Assembly (NCBI GenBank): GCA_013115145.1
Contig: JAAPAO010000138.1
Coordinates: 1-64,000 of the forward strand
Length of the DNA stretch: 64,000 bases
Direction: 5' to 3'
Source of the DNA: Perkinsus chesapeaki ATCC PRA-425
Lineage: Eukaryota; Protista; Perkinsozoa
Shown here: positions 23,901 to 33,300 of the stretch, one piece after another
Numbering within the stretch: position 1 is the first letter of the stretch
How the letters are laid out: every line of letters begins with the position of its first letter
The notes under the pieces: model-generated
What the model was told of the DNA's origin: nothing
What the model saw: the letters and a program-made list of their open reading frames with translations, nothing else
The model's database searches: none
Program-made: the position numbers and the translations under genes

Positions 23901-26900
23901 CAGTTGCCATGCTCCTCTTCAGCACCACACATTCGCGGCACTTCCACACTTCTATTGCTGGCATCCCGTATATCGGGCTAGAAGGGTCGCTGCCTGTAGT
24001 CGGGTTAACGATATCGTTGGCACCGAGGACGATACACAAGTCGAAAGAGCCTATGTCCGCATTAACCTGCGGAGACCGCCGCTCACCACTTCCCTTATGT
24101 CGCAGTGAAGTACGGTACCTCCTCCATCTCAAGCACTATATCATAGGGAACACTGGCCTCTGCCAGAAGCACGTTCATATGCCCAGGCAATCTACCCGCA
24201 ACTGGATGGATGCCAAATACGACTGTTGATCCACTGAGCACTAGGATGTACCACACCTCGTAGGAGGACAGCCTCCTACTTCCGATTTCGGAGCAGGTTG
24301 GCGATCTCTGAAACCTGCTGCTGACAGCGAGCCACAGCCATACCATAACCGGGAACGATTAGCACCTATTAACAGCTGAAGAGATGAGGAACAGCCTACC
24401 GAAGCCTTACTTTCTTCGCGTCAGTCAGCTTCCTGACAAGCTCCGAGGCGTCAATAGTATGAATTTCACCAGCAATATTCCCACTACTAGGAGCGACAAC
24501 AGAGCCATCCTCAACTCCAAACCCTCCTGAATGAAATAGCATAGAAGCCTGAATAGCGCCTCAACCTGTTACCTTGAAGAACGCTGACGAGACTGCGGTT
24601 GATGCCTCGACACATCATGTCACTAAGCAAAGCGCCACTGCTTGTTACCAGTGCACCAGTCATAACCAACTAAAAGGCAAGCATCGGTACTCAATGAGGA
24701 GAGAATTATTATCGCGTACCATAGAGTTGGACATCATGAACCCTGACGCTGATGTTGCAAGCCCAGAAAGGGAGTTGAGCAAGCTAACGATAACTGGCAT
24801 ATCTGCACCTCCGATAGGTAGAACCATCATGGCCCCTGAGCCGGAGAGCGGCTTGCGCGAAGACCATCAAGCATTCAGCCGACTGGAGATTGGTAAACTC
24901 TTAATGTAAGAGCTAGACAGTTCCAATCCAGGAACAAACCGGTGGTGTCAATATCGTGGACACAGGGGGACTAGCTCAAATGGTAGAGCGCTCGCTTAGC
25001 AAGCGAGAGGCACCGGGATCGATGCCCGGGTTCTCCATTTTCCTATGCGTAGCATGTAGTGCCTACAAGGTGGCGTTTCCTTGTTCCCACATTGGTAGTT
25101 TCTATTGTCTTTGATCAATGACTCACGGAATTACACGCCGACACGGGAATTATAGGGAGGCGGGCCGATGAAATTAGCTGGGACGTGTCATGCGCACCCG
25201 TGCGCACGAAGCTTGCATGAAATATGGGCAAGCTGATCCGAACACAAAGTATGTCCCGATGATAAAGCAAACGACTGGTCGATGCAGGGCTCGAACCTGC
25301 GACCCTCGCGTTATTAGCACGATGCTCTAACCGACTGAGCTAAACGACCACTGATCTAACAATATCAATGCATGAATCTAGAAATTCATCCAGCTCCTCC
25401 GTTGCCTTCAGAATTTCGTACAGTATCCAATCCCAGACAAACTGCTCAACAGAGTTGGCTATGTGGGAGCTAAAGTTTGGTCCTCATTAGAGCAGTATCT
25501 TTCAGACAGCTTATCAGAAAGGACGAATTAGATGTGCTGCGAAAGTAAGGTTCACTTGCACCGGGTGAATAAGTGCACCAACGCCTGTGCGACGGCGCGC
25601 TCATCACACGCTGTTCCAACACACAATATCGCGGAAACGTAAAAGTATGAAGCGCAAAAGCCGAGTCAACCGCCGCTTCAGCTGTAAAGTACAGTCAGGA
25701 GGCCTAGATAAGATTTCCTACGCCTCCGCGGATAAGTTTGCCGGTATCCTAACGAATTGCATGCGAGAGTATATCAAGTCTGTGGCTTGGTCAATGAAAA
25801 CTCCTCAACTGTACAGGCACTTCCTGAACGGACATAGCCGAGTGCCTCTTTTCAGGGCCGCTATGCTCTGGACTCCATAGCTTGAAGTTGGGGAGTGGGT
25901 CATGCGAGCGACAGACCAAGCTTGGCTATGATATACATGTCATTGGCACGCGACCTCCACTTTAGGCTACGAATAAATGCATGCGGCGCACACTATGCGC
26001 CACACGTATCGTTTGCCTGAGCGTAGAAGTGCCCGTTAAAAAGATCGAGTACCTGGTATGATTGAGTGACTGAAATGGGAGCTATCTGAAGTATGTGAAC
26101 TGAAGTAAGTACATAGCAAGCGAGAGGCACCGGGATCGATGCCCGGGTTCTCCATTTTTCCAGTCGTTTATGCAGTTTGTTCTCCGATTGCACTCCTCGA
26201 AACAGTTTAATAAACGAGATATGAATATTAATCAGCACGGTCCCCGTTCTCTTGTAGCCTCGAGTCGGTCTCCAGCTAGGGCGTATGCCTATAGGTAAAT
26301 TGAAGCAACTCTTCGAGGCATGTTGCACGCACAGTTGGCTGCTCTGTTCACTCGGAAAATCGACCACTTGGCCGGAACACAAGATGTGTCCCTTACATTG
26401 ACAAAACACTGGTCGATGCAGGGCTCGAACCTGCGACCCTCGCGTTATTAGCACGATGCTCTAACCGACTGAGCTAAACGACCCATACCATACTGATTCT
26501 GGGCACGCCATTAAGCAATGCGCCTCATCGTCACCACGAAATGGGGGAGTGTTCCGTCGTACCAAATTCAAATTTTCTACTGACACGTCCTCAACCACGA
26601 CCGAAGAGTGATCCACACGCATCAGGGACTACTCATCTATCCCCGCTAGGCCAGTCCCGCAATTTCCCATAGGTGGTGGAACAACGACAGAAACTCCTCG
26701 GCGTGCTGCGTCACGTCACCATCATGACAGTACGCGGGTGAATTTTACCTATCACCTCCGCCTAGTCCCACAGAAAAGACAAGAGCCGTAGCCAATAGGG
26801 ATAGGATTGCAGTGAATCTGGTTAGTGCAACGCCATGGTGCAGGAATAAGCACTCGGGGTGATAGCGCATCGAAATTATAATGTAGCGCTAGGGAAGAAG

Positions 26901-28450
26901 GGTAGTTGGCAACAAGGACTACCGGCGCACATACTGTGCGCTGAATCTACAGCTAATGAGTGTATGAAAGTCATTTAACTAGTTTAGAACATATTTGCAC
27001 TACTTTCACACTCCCGGGTTTCCGGCTCACCTATAGTAGCACTAGCGGTGATGTTTGCAAGTAAAGCTCCTGTTCTAACCCAAGGATTATTCACTCCACA
27101 ATATACAGTGGTCAATAAGGCCAACTTAGCCAGACACAGGCCGTTCACAGGGGCCCTAAACAGCACAACAACTATAACCTATTCAGTTTGCAACATACCA
27201 AGGTTTACCTCAGCTTCATGCCTATAGGTCGTCCAGGTATTGTGCCGTGCAACTTCAATGCAGCCACAACAGAACCGCTGAATGTCGCCGCCCCTAAAAG
27301 AAAGGCACCCTTATGCCGATAGAGTACCTGAAGTCCTACCAACACTGACCCCAATGAAGGTCTCAAGCGCTTGGGCTAGTGCACCACCAGCTGCGGTTAC
27401 TGATGGATTTAAATGTGCCGACAAGCCTATCAAAACTGCAGCGAGCCCGGTGAAACTAGGGTGAAAAGGGAAATGCAAACTAATGAAGCCGAAGGAAAAC
27501 TACCTGTGGAAGCCCGCAACGAGCTGGGGCATCTCCTCCATCTGAACGCATGAGGCGACACCCAGACCGATAGCACAGGCAGTGGCAGCAGTTGGCAGAA
27601 ATAGACCCATAGAGCGGAGCAGCACAGCTGAGTAACAGGTGATGCTTACAGACCAAAGCCCTCTATTATTACGGGAAGAGTATTGAGGGATCCAGTTAGT
27701 GGCCACCACTGTAACCACTGCGGAGGCTGCTCCCACTACACCAAGCCAGTTGCCCCTTTTCGACGTCTCATGGGAGTTCAAACCCCGCAATGAGAACATA
27801 AACAGAATCTGCTATAGCCATAGGTCATGCCTTTGTAGTGTTATTATAACACTACTGTAGATGCCATGGGGAGGGCCACCGAGAGGGCATTACTGCCAGC
27901 CGCCGCGATAACTGAGCCGGATGCCTTGGCGAACGATGTCACCATCGCCGTTACACCATAGGAGGCACCAGTCGACCTAATATGGAGCAGCAGTAAAGTG
28001 TTATAATGCAGTTGGCAGCTTACCCAACTGTAAGGGATGATACGGGTAGGGATTCCAGGAATATACCACCAACAGCAAGAGTGAGAGGAACCCATAATAT
28101 ACGATGTATCCGAGGCACATGTAGAGCCACAATACTGTCCTCATTGTTACCTGATCCAGTGCTACTGCAGTCGAGCTTACAAGAAAGCATTGTTGCAGAA
28201 GAGCAACAAGGGAATTATACAACGTATCCTTAGAGACCAAAGCTTATGGTTAATTGCTGGAATGGAGCTCTTACAAATATCTTCACCGGCTTTAGTTTCC
28301 TCCTGGTCTACCATGGTGGCCTCTCCCAACCAATCAGACCAATTCATGCCCACTGTTTTGGATGACAGGAACGACCCTGGCTGACATTCAGCTTCACCAC
28401 CGGGTCGATAGAGAATAGTGCCTATTAACAGACTGCTGACGACGGACAAG
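20995..28450 (-). CDS. NNT: Proton-translocating NAD(P) transhydrogenase, beta-linker-alpha fusion with N-terminal extension (5' end approximate)
   Basis: Beta part: [92 protein letters not shown]. Alpha part: [53 protein letters not shown]. Confidence 0.95.
24965..25037 (+). tRNA. tRNA-Ala(AGC), intronic (antisense to NNT)
   Basis: 73-nt cloverleaf, G3:U70 alanine identity pair, ATCG T-loop typical of eukaryotic tRNA-Ala, TTTT terminator. Confidence 0.97.
25276..25349 (-). tRNA. tRNA-Ile(AAT), intronic (sense to NNT)
   Basis: Identical to the 470-543 copy apart from A instead of T at the D-arm/anticodon-arm junction. Confidence 0.97.
26114..26154 (+). pseudogene. 3' half of tRNA-Ala(AGC)
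   Basis: TAGCAAGCGAGAGGCACCGGGATCGATGCCCGGGTTCTCCA is identical to nt 33-73 of the intact gene, followed by TTTT; no 5' half seen nearby. Confidence 0.9.
26410..26483 (-). tRNA. tRNA-Ile(AAT), intronic
   Basis: Identical to the 25276-25349 copy. Confidence 0.97.
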
Positions 28451-28749
28451 GGGCAGCGCTCCAGGGTCGGGCCGCTCCCTCTAGGGTCATTCCCCTACTC
28501 CATAGTATCCTCCTAGAAGGCATGTCCGAGCTCCGAGGGGTCTGTGGGCTATAATCATCGAGACCTATGCCACCAGAAGAATCCGGAGTTGCAGGGTGAG
28601 GTGATGAGAATGAAGTGGCCATCTGTAATGACCTGCCAACAGTATCCTCTTCAAGGCTAATTGACTGACTTAAAGCGACACCATCACCGATATAGAAACA
28701 AATAGACGTTCTGATAGTGAATGGATGTTGCCTATAGTGAGGCAGGGCT

Positions 28750-29292
28750 CTATTGTAAATCCTCTCTATCAACCCTCGGATCGCCTCTCACTATTGTCCA
28801 ATAACCCTTTACGTGTTCCTTGTCTACCACTGCCACCACACAGGACTTCTTAACACTCTCAGCCACTCGTCGCCAAAGTACTAGCTCCCTCGGTGTCGGC
28901 CCCTTATCAGCCCCTACTATATGTACTAACCAATTGCTATGGCTCTTATTGGGATCCTTCATATACACCACTAGATCACATCCATAGCTCGGCTGCACGG
29001 TAACCCAAAGCCCTCTACCTTCCAAATCACGGGCAACTACATCTCGTCTATGCATAGGCCCATCTCCTGCTGCAGAGGTGTCCAAGTAGAGCATTGGAAG
29101 CCCTAGGTTGCTGTTCTGTTGGGCATCATTGGGTATAGTCCCCACCATAGTCCCCAGTATTCGTTGCTCATCAAGGGCTTTCCATTCCTCCACTGTAAGG
29201 CACATGCCTGGCCGAAGAGGGACATTCGCCATGACCCCATACAACTGAATAGTAGTTACCCATATATTGACAACTATAACAAAAGCACACAA
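28750..29292 (-). CDS. TSEN34: tRNA-splicing endonuclease subunit Sen34 (start uncertain)
   Basis: GTMVGTIPNDAQQNSNLGLPMLY N-terminal motif; RDLEGRGLWV...DLVVYMKDPNKSHSNW...RRVAESVKK contains the Tyr-His-Lys triad. Confidence 0.8.
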   Translation of the reverse strand: MCAFVIVVNIWVTTIQLYGVMANVPLRPGMCLTVEEWKALDEQRILGTMVGTIPNDAQQNSNLGLPMLYLDTSAAGDGPMHRRDVVARDLEGRGLWVTVQPSYGCDLVVYMKDPNKSHSNWLVHIVGADKGPTPRELVLWRRVAESVKKSCVVAVVDKEHVKGYWTIVRGDPRVDREDLQ

Positions 29293-29492
29293 AGCTTCAG
29301 GCCGAGACTTTGCCTTACACTAGGGAATGAGGAAGAACGAATAAGTAGCAGTAGCAGCGGCAATAGTGGCCTATTCGGCTGCTACAAGTGCTATACTAAT
29401 ATCGGCGACGCTACTCCCACATGAGAGTTAAAGTCTGGCCTTAACGTTTATATCCTTCTAATCCTCCTCTAATCCGATATAGTACTCAATTC

Positions 29493-30044
29493 TTATCGGG
29501 CACCTTTACCCTTACCCTTGCCTGAGGAGGAGAAGTGGTTGAAGACCATAGACCACCACGGACAGCCCTGTTATTACCCTTTCCCTTTCCCTTGCCCTTC
29601 CCCTTGCCGAATCCTCTCTCACGGGCAGCCTTATTCTTCGGGCCGTCATCAATCTGCATCAACTCTGATAAAATACAAGATTGTCATCATCAACTTACCA
29701 GCAAAGTATCCAAGGGTATATGGTCGGGAAGAATATAGTAACGAATAGTGCTACCTAAGGTGGATGAAAATACTACAAATAACAGCAGCAGCAGCTGCTC
29801 CAACATCTTACCGCGTATGGTTAAGTGATCCATCCCTACTGGGTTGCGGCCGCGCACCGTAACCTTAACGTTCTTCATATGCGTGTTCATTGATACATCC
29901 ACACCTGTTCCACGAGAGCCTCTCACGCTGATTCAATGCATCTTTTGTATTACCTGTGACCGTCCCATGAACGACAGTGCCATTCTTCAACTCCACAGTC
30001 ACAGTCTCAGAGTTAAGCTTTTGGAGGAACCGTACGAGCTTCAT
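29493..30044 (-). CDS. SNRPD1: Small nuclear ribonucleoprotein Sm D1
   Basis: [31 protein letters not shown]|[31 protein letters not shown]|[18 protein letters not shown]|[15 protein letters not shown](GK)8GAR*. Confidence 0.95.
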
Positions 30045-30390
30045 GAGGATCGATCACAGTTAACAACAACAACACGCTGTAACCCCAAGGAGCAGCTTAT
30101 ACCCATACCATACCCCACAACACATACGCGAATCGAGAATGAAAGGAATGGTCTCAAATAGGTGGTCGCCGCAGCATCAGCAGTAGCAGCAGAGGAGGAT
30201 GTAGTCCAGAGAGGACTACTCCAAGATAATGCCACCCCGCGACAGCAACAACAACGAGGAGGAGGAGTTGTACATATGGTAGTTAGGGAATCATGGCAAT
30301 ATTATAACAAAAGCAGTTGAGAAAAAACAACAACACCACCACTACCACTACTCCAGGCAGCATCCTTCTATTATGGGACGGTGGTGTTGG

Positions 30391-33300
30391 CTAATATAGA
30401 TACTCACGAAGGGCTTCCATCTCATCATCTTCACCACTCTCATTTCCAAAATCGCGGCTCATCATAAGCTCTTGCTCCTCCAAGTTCTCATCATAGGAGA
30501 ACATATAATTATTAGGGTTTTCCTCATAGTCCCCACCGACATAAGGCCGAGTCCCGCATGTAGCGGACTGGCGGCCCCAAGCTGGGCATGTGTGGGAGCT
30601 CAACACCTCATACCTGATACACATTACTATTCGACACTAGCTTAATATGCACTTACCCTGCACATGCTGCAGCTGATGATGCAGCTGCCAGCGATGCTAA
30701 TACGTCTGATACCTCATGGGGATCGGCAACGAACCATCTGGAAAGGAACTGGCATTAGAAGCTGACACGCATTATTACTTGGCATGACTAGGCTTCTTCC
30801 CCACTGACACAGTGAACACATCAGTACCACTTTTCCCATGTTGAGGTGGTGCCTCTCCTGGCTGCCGCCGTGTTGAGGTGCCATGAGATGCCAGAAGGCT
30901 AAGGGTATTGTCATCTTCCTTCCATTGCTGCTGTTGCTGGCCTTGGCTGGGAGTTGACGAAGCAGTAGTGTTAAAATGTGGCCTGACCAAATGTGATTGC
31001 CTTAGGACCCCATCCACTTCATACCGTCGCAGTCCCGTGCCCAACTGATTAAGGTCCCGATGAATGCTGCCCGAGTTAATCCCAAGGGATCGACGCGGTC
31101 TTTCCACTGAGCAGCTGTTACCCGCTGATTCTGTGGGGGAAGGGGGCAGATGCTTGGGGCCTATCGAGGGCAAGCTCACTGGCAGCTGCTGCTTTAAGAC
31201 TTTGCAATATGCCTTACTTTCATGATGATGGGAAGCTGGTGGAACCTTAGGTTCATACATGCTCTTCAACTTCTCAAACATAAGCTCATCTGACTGGTCA
31301 TCCCCCATTGCCAGTACCTATCTCACCATCATTAGATATAGACAAGATATCAGTAGCCTCCTTACAAAGTCAGGCTGTCCACGAATATTAGATAGTTTCT
31401 GTAGGATAGTCTGTGCTGCTATACCCTTATTAACACCCTTTAACTTTATCTCTACATAACCCTTACCACATACCACCTCCACATTATACCTAACCGGCCA
31501 CATACCGCCAACCGCCTACCATCCGTGGATTCTATTACGTGTCAAGGAGCTCCTCTAAGCTATTGGCCAGCTCCTTAGCTTGCCATTGTCCAAAGTCAGG
31601 ATCAGCGTCACCATACTGCCACACCAAGGCAGATCCCTTGTACTCAATATACGATCCCTGTGTTCGGGCAACATATCTGTGAAATAGGGCCATGCCCCTC
31701 TTCCACCCCAAGTAGTTTTGATATCCCTACTGTTTCATCAACTCCATAGCAATTGCCTTCCACGAGGTGTCGTCCCTCTCAGAGCCATAACTATCACCTA
31801 GACAAAACAGCATAACAGCAGCGAGTCGCTGTAAGAGAGATTACTGAGAAGGCATTCCCAATGGCGACGAGTGGATGATCCTTGTTGATTATCAGGACCA
31901 TTAAGGGCTGGCACTTGGTAGTAGTAGCCGTGCTCTGCTGCCAGGCCTACACCGAGCTAAGGTCCACACAGAAGCATGCTTTAGACTACCTATGTGATCG
32001 ACACTACTAAACCACTTCTCCAGATGGTCTGGGCTTCGACCACTTAACACTACCACCACATTACGTGGGTCACGGCAGATGACCCTATGAACAGCAATGC
32101 AGTCGATCTTCTAACCTTTCTGCTACCTTAACATTTGCAGCACCTTCTCACTTGGTGGGCTACCATGCATGTGCAGATTGGTTAGTTCACCTTCACTTGA
32201 AGAGGTTGGCAGCTCCCCGGATGATGCCCGAGGAGAGCCGTATGCATTACGGGAAACATAAGATGATGAACATAGTGTACCTTACCAAATACTTCCCCAA
32301 TACTACCCCCCCCCAAACCACCTTCATTATCGAGGAAGAGGACCCTAAACTTAGCCCGTTTATAAGCAACTAGGATTTCATCATGATCGAGCCTCTGGAA
32401 GTCCTCCGACAGCCCAAGCAACCTGGCCATGGCGTACCACATCCCCCCAGCAATGGGAAATAGACTCACCGGAAATTGGCACCGAAACCGTACGTGATGT
32501 ACATCATTTCAGCCTTCTTCCGGGCCCGGCGTAAATCACATAAGAAGTCCTCCGCCCAGCTTAATAAGGAGTGGCTTGAGACGTACGAAGTGTCACGATA
32601 CAAGCGTTCGGCGAGCTCCGGAGTGCCCTGACCGAGAATTGAACCCGGGACCTAGTCGACTTACTTACCAGCATGTGCTTGGCATCTTGAATGGCTTGAA
32701 CCAGTTTGTCTGTATTCCATGGATTTACACTAAGGCTTCCAATGAGGACCCGTGAGCAGCCAGAGAACTCGCTGCATATAACAGCACCTCTGAGGTTAGT
32801 AGGGCTGGTAGGGGGGAGTGCAGCACGAGCAACATAGTATTCGAAGGGCACTAAAGAGGGTACCATTAATCTCGGATGATGATGACATTACAGATAAGCA
32901 CCTTACCTAAATTCAGGCCTGACTTAACGCTGGTGTCCAATAGGACATCAGCAACTCGCAATAACGCCATTCGATCAACAGCGCTTACAGGCCCAGATTC
33001 AAAGTGGATAACTGATGGCATTATTACAATAGAAAGAACAACAACAACAAGGCTTCTTCTACTACTACCTTCCGTTCCAAACTGTTTATTAATTTCCTCA
33101 GCTATCTGTGTAAGCTCGCTCGCCCTAATAATAATGTTGGTATAGGCCAGCAGTGGCAGCAGCAATGATGTGGCTTTACTTACAGTTTGTATGCCAACAT
33201 TGTCGAATGTGTCTTAGGGACATAGGCATGCTGTCTCAGTACAGCTCTACCAACAACTTTAGGATGCTGTTGGAGGAACAATCGCCATGCTCGGAACTTC

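Larger units (their letters stand above)
24836..27030 (-). other. 2,195-nt intron of NNT hosting a tRNA array
   Basis: Donor ATAG|GTGAGC at 27030 and acceptor CTCAG|GG at 24836 join in phase 1 to give [19 protein letters not shown], the conserved beta-subunit segment. Confidence 0.88.

Noticed and set aside
25587-25880. 97-aa ORF in the NNT intron as reverse-transcriptase remnant
   Set aside because: Only a vague GGLDKISY likeness to a non-LTR motif; no YxDD or other RT motif.
24965-26483. Ile/Ala pairing as a bacterial or plastid rRNA spacer remnant
   Set aside because: Anticodons are eukaryotic AAT/AGC (spacer tRNAs are GAT/TGC), the genes are on opposite strands, and there is no flanking rRNA sequence.
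26786-26794. CCGTAGCCA as a spliced-leader relic
   Set aside because: Only 9 nt match the dinoflagellate/Perkinsus leader start; the following sequence diverges, so chance is likely.
24836-27030. tRNA intron as a base-composition boundary
   Set aside because: Intron style and GC richness vary on both sides; no clean step is visible by eye.
28750-29292. Functional link between TSEN34 and the adjacent tRNA array
   Set aside because: These tRNAs have no tRNA introns; adjacency in a gene-dense region is unremarkable.
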